From assembly GCA_965214705.1 (NCBI GenBank), contig CBDCCI010000002.1, forward strand, positions 608,001 through 672,000: a stretch of DNA of 64,000 bases, given 5' to 3'. Both the position numbers and the translations under genes were made by a program. This document shows positions 1-10,303 of this stretch, piece by piece; the first letter of the stretch is position 1; every line of letters begins with the position of its first letter. This stretch comes from Alphaproteobacteria bacterium. Its GTDB lineage: Bacteria; Pseudomonadota; Alphaproteobacteria; UBA828. The notes under the pieces were generated by a model, which saw nothing but the letters and a program-made list of their open reading frames with translations, was not told the DNA's origin and searched no databases.

Positions 1-890
1 GCGGCACTTCGGAAAGGACGTGCAGCCCAGGAAAAAGCCCTGGTCCTCGCTATTCTGGCGAACGATCGTCGGACGCCCGCAGCGCGGAAATTTTCGCTTG
101 TCGGCCGGCGGCCGGGGGTAGGGAGGCGAGGCGGGCGGCTTCGCCCCGTCTTCCGCACAGGGCATGCACATATTCGTATCCGGCAACGCTTCCAGGCGCG
201 GCAGGGGAATGGGGCAGCCGCATGCACGGCACAGGGTAATCCCGGCTGGGTCAATCAGCGTTCGCCCGGCCGCGTCCCCGATGCGGATTTTCATGCTGCC
301 GCAGCCCGAGCAGCGCAGCCTTCCATAGAGCTGTCCGACGGAATTGATCGAGAGCGGTCGATCGAGCCGGGCTTCCAGCATTGCCGCGTCGATGGTTGCC
401 TGCCGGTCGCACCCGGGACATTCCACCAGAATACTGTCGAGCGCTCTCATGCGCGCCATCCTGGGAAGAGTCCGCGCCGGCTGCAATCATCGGCCGGGGC
501 GCGTTCGCCCGTTCGGCGTTTCATGCTAGGCGTCCGGGCGGTTGGCCGGCGACACCGAAACGCAGCCCTCCCGGGGGAATACCCGGTTGTCTGCCGATTG
601 GTATGGCGCTCGTCTTTCTCCAGAACTCCTCCGGCGGGCGGTGGCTGATGCAATGCCCGCCGCCCGCTTCCGCAATGATCCCGAGCCGGTCGCGCGCATT
701 GAGAGGGTTCGCTCGCTGTTGAAGGCGCTGGGCGCGGCAAGACTCGGCGAAGGGATAACCGGGGTCGTGGCAACCGCCGAAGCGCCCACCTCCGGAAATA
801 GGCGCATCGATGTGTTGATCGAGTGGCAGGCCTCGTCGGCACAGCGTCACGCGGCCGCGATTGAGGCCAAGCTCGGCCATCACGTCACGA

Positions 891-3050
891 CCCAAGTTGG
901 CACTTTTTCCGGTTGCTCAATGCCGGTCTGCCCATATTTTGCGGACCGAAGTACCACATATTGGGGTAGCTCCGAGATGATGCCACTATATGTGTAATTG
1001 AGGCGCTGGAAGCGCGTTGTAGTGCCAGGAGTTGTTAGGTATTGACGATTTTCCCTTGACCCCAGACCCCAAGCCGACAAATCTTGGCCCCTCGCAACAA
1101 TCTCGCGACGGGCGACATGTTCATCAGGGCAACCAAGACCCACACCACCGACGGCAAGCCCGTCCGAAGCCATCGCCTCGTGCTTTCCCAGCGCATCGGC
1201 GACAAGGTCAGGCAGCGCACGCTCCTCAACCTCGGCACCGACTATCCGGTGCCGAAGGAGAAATGGCGCGAAGTGGCCGAACTCGCCGAGGCGCTGCTGC
1301 ACGGCCGCCCGCCGCTGCTCCAAGCCGTCCCGGACGTGCAGGCCGCAGCCGAGGACATCGTCGCCAAGCTCAGGGCCAGGGGGTTCCGCGTCGAGGCGAT
1401 GCAGGAAGAGGCGCGCAAGCCCGAGATCGCCACCGTCGACCTCGATACCCTGGAGCACGAGAACCCGCGCACCGTCGGCTGCGAGCGCCTGTGCCTCAAG
1501 GCCCTCGACGACCTTGGCTTCGCCGACATCCTCCACGGCCTTGGCATCAAAGGCCGAGACGGGCGCATCGCGAGCGCGCTGATCGTCGCCAGGATGGTCC
1601 ATCCCGCCAGCGAGCGTGATACCAGCCGCTGGCTCCGCCACGACAGCGCGGCCGCCGAGCTCCTGGGCCTGGAGGGCGACCGCAAGGCGCTGCGGCGCAA
1701 GACGCTCTACCGCATCGGCGACCTGCTCTGGCGCCACCGGGCCGCCATCCAGAGGGAACTGTTCAACCGTGAGCGCGCGCTGCTCGACCTGCCCGAGACG
1801 ATCGCCTTCTACGATCTCACCAACGTCCACTACCACGGCCACACGGGCGGCGAGCTTCCCAGGTTCGGGCGCTCCAAGCAGAAGCGCGACGACTGTCCCC
1901 TCATCACGCTGGCGCTGGCGCTCGACGGCGCGGGCTTCCCGCGCAGTTGCGAGATCCTGCCGGGCAACGTGAGCGAGCCGGGCACGCTGCACGAGGCGCT
2001 GGCGCGGCTCGAGGCGGTGTGCGGCGGCACGGCGCCGAAGCCCACGGTGGTCATGGACGCGGGCATCGCCACCGAGAAAAACATCGCGTGGCTGGGCGAG
2101 CAGGGCTACGACTGGATCGCGGTCAGCCGCGGTGCCAGGCCTGCGCCGCCCGAGGGCGGACCCGAGGCCCTGCTGATCACCAGCGCGCGCCACGAGGTGC
2201 GGGCCTGGCGGCTTGCCAGCGAGGACGGCGAGGCGCGGCTCTACGTCGTCAGCGAGGGCAAGAAGAAGGCCGAGAACGCGATCATCGGCCTGAGGCGGAA
2301 CCGCTTCGAGGCGGCGCTGGAAAGGCTCCACAGCGGCCTCCCGGTCAAGCGCCGCCTCAAGCGCTACGACAAGGTGCTGGAGAGCATAGGCCGCCTCAAG
2401 CAGCGCTTCTCCGCCGTCGCCAGGCACTACGAGATCACGGTCGAGAAGGCGAAAACCGGCCCCAATGCCACCGCCGTGCGCTTCAAGCGCAGGCCGCGAT
2501 ACGACGAGGCCGATGAGGGCGCCGGCGCCTATGTGCTGCGCACCAGCCACGTCGACTGGGATATCGAGACGGTCCTGCGGACGTACTGGCGGATCACGGA
2601 TATCGAGGCGACATTCAAGAGCCTAAAATCCGAGCTCGGCCTTCGCCCGATCTGGCACCAGCTCGACCGGCGCATCGCGGCCCACCTGCTGATCGCCGTG
2701 CTGGCCTACCACGCCGTGCATCTGATCCGTACCCGGCTGGCCGCGCGCGGCATCCACAAGTGCTGGGCATCGATCCGCGAGAGCATGCGGACCTGGGTGC
2801 GGATCACCACGCGCCTGCGCCAGACCGACGGCACGTTGATCGTCAATCGACAGGACACGCGCCCGGCCGCTGAGGTAGCCGCAATCTCCTCGGCGGCGGG
2901 CGTGGAACCCGCCATCCACCGCACGAGGACCCGCCTGCCGAACTGACAGAATCCAACAAAATGTAGTGCCATGTTGGAATCGGCCGAGAGAAATATCGCG
3001 TTACATCAACATGATAAAGGACATGGGTAGGACAAAAGTGCCAACCTGGG
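891..3050 (+). mobile_element. IS1634-family insertion sequence, copy 1 (2160 bp)
   Basis: Terminal IRs cccaagttggcactttt / aaaagtgccaacctggg; 4-bp duplication ACGA at 887-890 and 3051-3054. Confidence 0.9.
1117..2946 (+). CDS. IS1634-family DDE transposase
   Basis: Motifs FYDLTN, GRSKQKRDD, VMDAG, IEATFKSLKSELGLRPIWH; ATG at 1117 preferred over the TTG at 1084. Confidence 0.9.
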   Translation: MFIRATKTHTTDGKPVRSHRLVLSQRIGDKVRQRTLLNLGTDYPVPKEKWREVAELAEALLHGRPPLLQAVPDVQAAAEDIVAKLRARGFRVEAMQEEARKPEIATVDLDTLEHENPRTVGCERLCLKALDDLGFADILHGLGIKGRDGRIASALIVARMVHPASERDTSRWLRHDSAAAELLGLEGDRKALRRKTLYRIGDLLWRHRAAIQRELFNRERALLDLPETIAFYDLTNVHYHGHTGGELPRFGRSKQKRDDCPLITLALALDGAGFPRSCEILPGNVSEPGTLHEALARLEAVCGGTAPKPTVVMDAGIATEKNIAWLGEQGYDWIAVSRGARPAPPEGGPEALLITSARHEVRAWRLASEDGEARLYVVSEGKKKAENAIIGLRRNRFEAALERLHSGLPVKRRLKRYDKVLESIGRLKQRFSAVARHYEITVEKAKTGPNATAVRFKRRPRYDEADEGAGAYVLRTSHVDWDIETVLRTYWRITDIEATFKSLKSELGLRPIWHQLDRRIAAHLLIAVLAYHAVHLIRTRLAARGIHKCWASIRESMRTWVRITTRLRQTDGTLIVNRQDTRPAAEVAAISSAAGVEPAIHRTRTRLPN

Positions 3051-3403
3051 ACGAGCGGTCAGTTGCCGGCCTATCGCAAACATCTGCGGAAGATCGCGAA
3101 GGACCGTGGGCTGTTGGTCGTCGCCGCGCCGCGACTGACGGGCGGAACCGAAGGATCGCTTCGGCGCAATCATGACTGGCGCTGGGCAATATGGCGCGAC
3201 CTGTTGATCGCATACGAACGGACACTGCCGGTCGACTACGACGATGCCGAGTACCTCCGGTTCCGCAGAACTCTCTGGGATCAGACCGGCTGAGATCCGC
3301 CGCGATTTCTCGAAATCCGATCGGCCTGCGGATTGGCTGCCGAGCGGCACGGCAAGCGTCAAATCTGGCGGGACTCAGGGGGGCAAAGTTGGACGCCAAC
3401 ACC

Positions 3404-4084
3404 TCATGCCCGTGTGAATTTCCAGACCACCTTTCCGACGATGTGGGCCTCTTCGGCGCGGCACTCGTAGGCCGGATAGTCGGGATTGGCGGAGAGCAGG
3501 CTGAGCATGCCGTCTGCGGAGAGGCCGGCGACGCGCTTGACGACGAGGCCGGTGCCGTCCCACAGCACGAACAACTCGCCCGTGACGGGGATGCGCCTTG
3601 CGGTGTCGACAACGACGCGGTCGCCGTCGCGCAACTCGGGCTCCATCGAGTTGCCGCGTACGCGGAGAATGCGGAGCGCATCGGGGTCGGCGTGGCCCTC
3701 GTGGCGGACCATGACTTCCGGCAGGCGCCAGCGCGCCCTCTCCTGAACGAACTCCTCGGCGAAGGCGCCGGGCCCGGCGGAAGCCTCGACCTCGACCTCC
3801 ATGACGGTGGCGAGCGCGGGTGCGGCGGCGGGAGTCTTGCGCCGCTTGCCTGTCCAGGGCTTGGGCGCCGGCAGCTCGTCGTGGCGGAACGCTGCGGGGT
3901 CCGAGCCGAGGAGCTTTCCAAGCGCCTCGCTGTCCTGGTGCGAGAGCACCCGGGGCATGCGGCGGGAGAAGTATTGCTGAAGATAGGCCTTGTTGCGGCC
4001 GATGGCGAGGGAGGCCTCGGAGAGGGACACTCCGTTCTTCCATAGCGCCTGGCGCAGGCTGTCTCGCGGTGGATCGGGACTCAT
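3404..4084 (-). CDS. CI/LexA-like repressor with S24 peptidase domain
   Basis: N-terminal HTH-like SLSEASLAIGRNKAYLQQY; S24 motifs VRGNSMEP, VVKRV, LLSANPDYP; AGGAG RBS before ATG at 4084. Confidence 0.85.
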   Translation of the reverse strand: MSPDPPRDSLRQALWKNGVSLSEASLAIGRNKAYLQQYFSRRMPRVLSHQDSEALGKLLGSDPAAFRHDELPAPKPWTGKRRKTPAAAPALATVMEVEVEASAGPGAFAEEFVQERARWRLPEVMVRHEGHADPDALRILRVRGNSMEPELRDGDRVVVDTARRIPVTGELFVLWDGTGLVVKRVAGLSADGMLSLLSANPDYPAYECRAEEAHIVGKVVWKFTRA

Positions 4085-4173
4085 GTCATCTCCTTGCGTG
4101 TATTCCGAGAGTGAAGGATATTTCCTAAACAAAACGATTGTCAATGGCGCATGTTCCACCTATGTTCACCCGC

Positions 4174-4300
4174 ATGGGCACTCTCGATCACGCTATCCGT
4201 GAGCGGATCACGGTCTATTTGAAGCGCGCCGGCGTCTCCGGCCGGCGCTTCGAACTCGATGTGCCCGGCGATCCCGGCTTCGTCGCCTCGTTCGAGCTCG
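4174..4300 (+). pseudogene. Cro-like HTH remnant divergent from the repressor
   Basis: MGTLDHAIRERITVYLKRAGVSGRRFELDVPGDPGFVASF resembles short alphaproteobacterial phage Cro-like proteins (..GMS..RFG....GDP.FV); resemblance is lost afterwards. Confidence 0.5.
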
Positions 4301-4916
4301 GGACAATCCTGGATGCCGGAGACAAACCGGCCCGGCCCCGAATGCGGTCGAGCCCGTTCCGCTCCGCACACGTAGACGGCTGCGGCTGCCCTGGGCTTCG
4401 CGCGGGACCCGCCCGGCGGGATGCCGGGAAGGGGCACAAGCCCGCGCTACGCTGGCGACGGGCGCCGGCCGATCAACAACCTGCGCGGTTTCGACGACCG
4501 CGTCGCCGAGGACGAGCGCATCGTCGTGTCGAGTCGGAGGACGGTTGCCGCCGCGATGGCCGGAAAATCGCCGCCGGCGAAAATAAATTTTTGGCGTACT
4601 CCAGAGTAGTCAGGAGTACTCAGGAGTGCTCTATGGGGCATATGTCTGTGTCAACTGTCTGTAACCATTGATCTATCCGAGTTGACAGCCCGTCTTTGGC
4701 ACGTTCTCTTGCGTGCCTTCAACGACCGGAAGGAGCTGTGGCGGCGATGCTAATGGGGGCGAAAATCGGCGAAACGAACGCGCTGTTTGTGGGCCTTTTC
4801 CACGGTTTCGCAGCGCAATCGGCGCCGCAGCCGGCCAAGCCTGGGGCGATGCCCCTTCCGCCGTGCGCGCCGTGCCGGGGCCGCCTCATGCAGGCGCCAT
4901 TCTCGATCAAGGGGAG

Positions 4917-6905
4917 ATGAATGAGATGAGAACCTTCGAACTGTCCATCTGCGCCCTCCTGCTCGCCGCAGGCGGAGGCTGGGCGATCTGGCTCACCACC
5001 GGCTACAGGCCGAACGACCTCGCCGCCGCCGCTCTCGCGCTCGCGGCCGCGGCGTCGCTCGCGGCCTACTATGCGACCGGACGCGAGCGCTCCGGAGGCT
5101 GGATCCGCTTCGGGCTCTACAGCGCGGGCCTCTCGGTTGCCATCGCGTCGTTCTGGACCGGCATCGTACGCCCCGTCGGGGAGGTCCAGTGGCCCGACGC
5201 TACCCTGGACTGGCTGCTTGGATTGGAAGGGTCCGGGCTGGTCGTGCTGGTGCTCCCGATCGTGGCCGTCCCGGTGCTGGCCCTGCTCTGGTGCGGGGCG
5301 GCTTACCATCTGATCGGGCAGGCCGGCGGCGGCGAGCGCCGCCGGCGCGCGAAGTCCGACCTCCACGGCAGGGCCGCGCTGCTGGACCGGCGCTCCATGC
5401 GCAAGCTGGCGAAGCGACGGGGCATCCTGCTCGGCCAGTGGGGCGAGCGGAGGAAGGCGCCCCTGATCGGCTGGTCCCTCGAGGGCTCGGCCATCACCGT
5501 CGCCCCGCCCCGCGCCGGAAAGGGCGCCCTCATCGCCCTCAACCTGCTCTCGCCCGAGGGCCGCGGCTTCGACGGTTCCACCGTCACCATCGATCCGCGC
5601 GGCGAGCTCTATTGCATCGCCTCGCGCCGCCGCCGCGAGATGGGCCGGCGGACCGTGCTCATCGACCCCTTCGGCGTGGTGAGGAAGCACAGGGAGGATT
5701 TCGGGGGGTGCCTGGTGCCGGAGGTGATCAGCTCCACCTACAACCCGCTCTCGTTCATCCGCGAGGACGAGGGCCTCGCCGTGCGCGACATCAACGTGCT
5801 GCTCGACGCCCTGCTGACCCCGCCGCGTCCGGGCGCGCCCGAGAACAGCCGGCACTTCTACGAGTCCGCCCGCGCCATCGTCGCCGGATACATGGCCTGG
5901 GTGCGCTTCCGCGAGCCGCGCGAGTTCCAGACCCTGGGCATGGTCCATCGCCTGCTCTCCATGGGGCCGGGCGAGCGGGAGGAGTTTGCCGAGCATGTCC
6001 GGCGCACGGAGCGCTTCGCCGGCGGGCTGGCGCACATCGCCGTCGAGCGCCAGGCGCAGGTGGGCAAGGAGGAAGGCGGGTCGAACTTCAGCACCATCGC
6101 CAACCAGCTCTCCTTCCTCAACTACCCGGAGCTGCTCGCTCACACCTCCGGGCAGAGGGGCTTCAATCCGCTGACGCTGGCCTACGGCGACACGGACCTG
6201 TTCGTCGTCGTGCCGGAGGAGACCGTCGAGCACGTCAAGGGCTGGCTCCGCCTCTGGGTCGCCATCCCCAACGCCGTGGCGGGCAGAAAGCCGCTCGAGC
6301 GCGACATGCTGATCGTCATCGACGAGATGCCGAGGCTCGGATACCTCAAGCCGGTGATGGACGGCTATACCATGGCCGCCGGCAAGGGGGTGCACTTCTG
6401 GTGCTTCGCCCAGTCGATCTCGGCGCTGGATTCGACCTGGGGCAAGGAGCACCGCAAGACGCTGCTGGACCTTGCCGAGGTCGTCCAGATCCTCGGCTTC
6501 CCGCGCACCGACGCGGAGGGCGCGGAGGAGATGTCCAAGGCCATCGGCACCGCCACCTTCGAGGGCCGGACCGAGAGCCGCTCGGGCAGTGTCTCGGACA
6601 GCCGCGTGGTTGCCGGCAACACGCAGTGGCAGGCGGGAGAATCGTTCAGTCTGGTGCGCGAGCGGCTGGTGACGCCCGACGAGCTGATGACGATGGGGCC
6701 GGACCGGCAGTACGTGATCGGGGCGGCCAAGGACATCAAGCGCGACGCGCTTCATCTCCACCACGCGAACTATTGGGAGCGGCCTGACACGTACTACCTG
6801 GCCGATCCCAACCCGTACGTTCTGCGCAAGGAACGGGCGGCGGCCGACGCTGCTGTGGGCGGTGGAACGCGCCGGCCGACGACGATCATGGGAGGTGCGG
6901 AATGA
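4917..6905 (+). CDS. VirD4/TraG-family type IV coupling protein
   Basis: N-terminal TM helices, LHGRAA motif, Walker A APPRAGKG, IDPRGEL, Walker B IVIDEMPRLG, R.LVTPDELM; GGAG RBS before ATG 4917. Confidence 0.9.
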   Translation: MNEMRTFELSICALLLAAGGGWAIWLTTGYRPNDLAAAALALAAAASLAAYYATGRERSGGWIRFGLYSAGLSVAIASFWTGIVRPVGEVQWPDATLDWLLGLEGSGLVVLVLPIVAVPVLALLWCGAAYHLIGQAGGGERRRRAKSDLHGRAALLDRRSMRKLAKRRGILLGQWGERRKAPLIGWSLEGSAITVAPPRAGKGALIALNLLSPEGRGFDGSTVTIDPRGELYCIASRRRREMGRRTVLIDPFGVVRKHREDFGGCLVPEVISSTYNPLSFIREDEGLAVRDINVLLDALLTPPRPGAPENSRHFYESARAIVAGYMAWVRFREPREFQTLGMVHRLLSMGPGEREEFAEHVRRTERFAGGLAHIAVERQAQVGKEEGGSNFSTIANQLSFLNYPELLAHTSGQRGFNPLTLAYGDTDLFVVVPEETVEHVKGWLRLWVAIPNAVAGRKPLERDMLIVIDEMPRLGYLKPVMDGYTMAAGKGVHFWCFAQSISALDSTWGKEHRKTLLDLAEVVQILGFPRTDAEGAEEMSKAIGTATFEGRTESRSGSVSDSRVVAGNTQWQAGESFSLVRERLVTPDELMTMGPDRQYVIGAAKDIKRDALHLHHANYWERPDTYYLADPNPYVLRKERAAADAAVGGGTRRPTTIMGGAE

Positions 6906-7642
6906 CTGCCAAGAGGCCCACGATGCCGGTTGGCGTCGACCTGGATCACGACCATGAGGAGACACGGCCCGTCAACGGGCAGCGGCACGTACCGTGGAGC
7001 GAAGCCCACAGTGGCATCCCCGCGGAAGAAGAATCCGCAGGCGCAGGCGGTGCGCCTTCCGGCGACGGCCCGGCCCCGGCGGCGCCCGACGCCGGGGCGG
7101 ACCCCGCTCCGGCGGAGAAGCGCGGCGGCGATGTGCGGTCAGGCGGCGAAAGCTGGCTCTTCGCGCGCTATGTCGCGGAGAAGATCGCCGAGTACGAAGG
7201 GCGTGGACAGGAACCGCCGCAGGCTGCGCAGGAAGACGCTGAGCAGCCGGCCGACCTGCACGGCGGGGGCGCCGCCGCGACAGGAGCGGAGCCCGAGCGA
7301 TCGCCGGACGCGGCTCACGAGCCCCGGGACGCGGCGATGAGCGCGGCTGAGGAACTCGCGGCCGCGCTCCGCGCCTTCAAGGCCGACTTCGTGCATTGGG
7401 CCGATAACGAAAGACGCCGGCGCAGGCGCTGGGCGGGCCTCGCGATGGCCGCGGGCTTCCCCGCCTGCGTCCTTCTCGGCCTGCTGGTCCAGGTGCAATT
7501 CGAGGTCATCCCCCTGCACGATCTCACCCGAGGCTGGGGCGAGCACATCTGGAATGCATACGGTCGCATCATCGTCGATTGCGAACTCGAGGCGATGAGG
7601 ACGGACAGCGAGATCGATTGCTCGCTGACGGTGCGGCCGTGA
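6902..7642 (+). CDS. hypothetical membrane protein
   Basis: ATGA overlap with the coupling-protein gene; low-complexity N-terminus and one hydrophobic segment near the C-terminus. Confidence 0.65.
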   Translation: MTAKRPTMPVGVDLDHDHEETRPVNGQRHVPWSEAHSGIPAEEESAGAGGAPSGDGPAPAAPDAGADPAPAEKRGGDVRSGGESWLFARYVAEKIAEYEGRGQEPPQAAQEDAEQPADLHGGGAAATGAEPERSPDAAHEPRDAAMSAAEELAAALRAFKADFVHWADNERRRRRRWAGLAMAAGFPACVLLGLLVQVQFEVIPLHDLTRGWGEHIWNAYGRIIVDCELEAMRTDSEIDCSLTVRP

Positions 7643-7707
7643 CTGCGGTGGAGAGAAAGCGGCGGGGAACGCGAACCCCGCCGCGACGAAACAGGAGGAA
7701 ACCTGTG

Positions 7708-7920
7708 ATGGGCAACACCTTGGTACGCGAGCTGATGCGCCGCGAGGAGGTCGAGGAGCGCTTCGGCGTCTCGCGAAGCTGGATCTATTGCGAGATGCGC
7801 GCGGGGCGCTTCCCGGAGCCGGTGAAGATCGGCAAGCGCAGCGTGAGATGGCGGGTGGTGGACCTCGACGAGTGGGCTGCCGGCAGGCCTGTCTCGCGCG
7901 GAGACAACAGCGACCCCTGA
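7708..7920 (+). CDS. AlpA-family transcriptional regulator/excisionase
   Basis: LMRREEVEERFGVSRSWIY...GRFPEPVKIGKRSVRW; AGGAGG RBS. Confidence 0.9.
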   Translation: MGNTLVRELMRREEVEERFGVSRSWIYCEMRAGRFPEPVKIGKRSVRWRVVDLDEWAAGRPVSRGDNSDP

Positions 7921-8685
7921 TCGCCACCGGCGCTCGGGGCCGTGAGGCTCCGACCCGGGGCGTTCGCATGTTCGAGCTAAACAGGAGCAGCGAGGTCACC
8001 GTCTCATGCGCGACGGCGGTGGCCGAATTCGGCGCGAAGCGAAACTGTTCCTCCAGGCCTTGGAATAGTCGCGGCACACCCTGGATGGATCGTCCTGTCG
8101 CTGAACCAGGAACGGGAGAACGCACACACAAAGAAGCCGCTCGCCGAGATCATCTCCGGGAGAACCGGCGGGTGGCCCAGCCCTGCGCGGTTCTTCTTAT
8201 CTTCAGAAAACGGCAGCTATCGCCAGAAGGACCTCGCCGCCGTCATCGGCTCGCATCCGCATGTCTCTGAAGTTCCGAACGGTCACCGGGCCCTGCTCCT
8301 GCAGATGGTTTGAGCCGCCGGCGAATTTCGGGGCTTCACCCCCCGCCTCATTGAAGGGGAATTATCTCGGATGGTGCCGGAGGGATAGGGGGGCGGTCCC
8401 AGAATTGATTGGACTCGAGTCTCCACCATGCACTCCGCGAGGCCAAGGTCTGCGTCGGAATACTCTATGAGCCGGCTATACACCGCTGCGAGGGCAAGAT
8501 CGGCCACAGGCATGGGTGTCCGACCGTTCGCAAGTTCCCTAAAGGAATCGAGCGCGTCAATCACGGCTTCCTCTGCTGAGTGCCGTTGCAGAGCTAAGCA
8601 TGACAGTTTGCCGGGATGTGCGCCGAGGCTGGTGTTGTTTTCGCAGAGAGAATGGCGGCGACCACCGCTGCCGCCGCCGACCGCC

Positions 8686-8905
8686 TCACACCACGAGCTC
8701 CTGGTAGCGCAACCCCTTGCCCTCCATCCCCGCGACGAGGCGAGGCATCTGGTCGACGTGTGTCCGCGTTGCGGGCATTGTGCCGGCCCGCGAACTCCCG
8801 GACATAGCGATCTAAGGTTCTTGGGGGCTGATCTTGTGGAACGTCCCCTTGTGCGCCCTCTTCAGCATCGACCAGAAGCTCTATATCCCGTTGGTGTGGG
8901 CATCT
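8686..8905 (-). pseudogene. IS1595-family transposase C-terminal remnant
   Basis: Across a stop and frameshifts it reads AHTNGI*SFWSMLKRAHKGTFHKISP/LDRYVREFAGRHN/GMEGKGLRYQELV. Confidence 0.8.
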
Positions 8906-9004
8906 AATCCTCTCAACCCGCCATATTGTGGGGTACTCTCGCTTGCTTGCACTGCAAGCACAGGGTAGTTTGGGCACGTCTCGTTCGACAAGGGGAATTT
9001 GCCA

Positions 9005-9250
9005 GTGGCAAGCATCACCATCCGCAATCTCGATGACGAAGTAAGGACGCGCCTGCGCGTGCGCGCCGCAGAGCACAGCCGCTCGATGGAAGAGGAGGTG
9101 CGCATCATCCTGCGCGAGGCTGTCAGCAAGAGGAGATCTAGCCCCCGAGACTTGGCGCAGTTCACTCGCGAGTGCTTCGCGCCCATTGGCGGAGTCGAGT
9201 TGGAATTGCCCTCTCGCGGTCCGATGCGCGAACCCCCGAACTTTTCCTGA
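9005..9250 (+). CDS. FitA/StbC-like ribbon-helix-helix antitoxin
   Basis: MASITIRNLDDEVRTRLRVRAAEHSRSMEEEVRIIL, upstream of a PIN gene. Confidence 0.9.
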   Translation: MASITIRNLDDEVRTRLRVRAAEHSRSMEEEVRIILREAVSKRRSSPRDLAQFTRECFAPIGGVELELPSRGPMREPPNFS

Positions 9251-9261
9251 GGCCCATCTCA

Positions 9262-9693
9262 GTGCGGTGGGTGCTTGACACGAATGTCGCCTCCGAGCTT
9301 ATGCGTCCGGAGCCCGCATCCGCTGTCGTGGCCTGGATCGCGGAGCAGGACGCACAGGACTTGTTCTTGACGGCTGTCAGCGAAGCCGAGTTGCGCTACG
9401 GAATTGCGATTATGCCAGCCGGCAGACGCCGGGAATTGCTGGCGACTTCCATGACCCGCTGGCTGGACCTCGGCTTCTCAGACCGCATCCTGCCCTTCGA
9501 CAGCGCTGCCGCTCGCGTCTATGCCGATATCGCATCGGATCGTCGCCGCGCGGGTCGCCCGATTAGCGAAGCCGATTGCCAGATCGCGGCAATAGCTCAC
9601 TCCCGCGGCGCCTTCCTGGTGACAAGGAACGTCCGAGATTTCGAGGGTTTGGTCGTGGATATCATCAACCCTTGGTCGCTTGCACAGACTTGA
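9262..9693 (+). CDS. VapC/FitB PIN-domain toxin
   Basis: VLDTNVASE, EAELRYG, ADCQIAAIA, LVTRNVRDF, INPW. Confidence 0.9.
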   Translation: MRWVLDTNVASELMRPEPASAVVAWIAEQDAQDLFLTAVSEAELRYGIAIMPAGRRRELLATSMTRWLDLGFSDRILPFDSAAARVYADIASDRRRAGRPISEADCQIAAIAHSRGAFLVTRNVRDFEGLVVDIINPWSLAQT

Positions 9694-9967
9694 GTTGGGT
9701 AGCCGTCGACATGTACCTTCGCCACACTCGAAGACTGGCTGCCTCTGCCGCCTCGGCGAAGACGATGCGCGATGCAGTGTGCGTGGCCCACCGTTCGTTC
9801 TTCGGTGAACTTGGGGGGCATACTTCAGGGCTGGGAATTTCTGGATGTCGCTCCTGCTAAAGACGATCGAGTCATTCCCACTGGGTCGAACCACGAACGA
9901 GTTGATGGTCCTGCTTGACGTTGCGTTCGACGGTGCGCAGCGAGAGGCAGTTGGGCGAGAACTGGCT

Positions 9968-10303
9968 CTTATGGGGCTGTAGAATGTCAAACAAGAAATT
10001 CAGAACCAGCTACCACATGTGTCGGCCTCCCTGGGTTCGCAGGATCGGCGGCTACTCTTGCCAGATCGGAACGCTTGTTGCACCGGTCACACGGCTTTGC
10101 GCGTACCCAACTCTTATCCGGGCGGTTGCCAGCGGCGAGACGCTGGCTCCATCCCACAATCCCGCTTGCTGCGGGCACAGCGTTCCGGAGGCGGGGCCCA
10201 TCTGAAGGTCGGCGTCTTTCAGCCCGCCAGTTCTCCGGCCACACGCCACCCGGCCCAGCGCCGGCCGCGTCCGGCTGACGCAAGAACGGAACGGTCTCAC
10301 GAT
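9968..10303 (-). ncRNA. candidate bridge/seekRNA region of the first IS110 element
   Basis: Non-coding end downstream of the transposase, with segments matching the target (GAGAACUGGC, UUCAG) and donor (AUAAGAG); RNA boundaries unknown. Confidence 0.6.

Larger units (their letters stand above)
542..3293 (+). pseudogene. PD-(D/E)XK-superfamily nuclease split by IS1634 (parts 542-890 and 3055-3293)
   Basis: Motifs RRIDVLIEW and IEAKLGH precede the IS. Removing 891-3054 gives in-frame IEAKLGHHVTSGQLPAYRKHL...WDQTG*. Start codon uncertain. Confidence 0.75.

Noticed and set aside
150-250. Possible oriT (gtatccggc near short gcacaggg repeats)
   Set aside because: Only a loose likeness to the IncP nic motif, and no relaxase in the window.
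880-2550. Long antisense ORFs (also 4719-6965, 14117-16339, 47285-48916, 48717-50315)
   Set aside because: Shadows of real high-GC genes on the opposite strand; no motifs.
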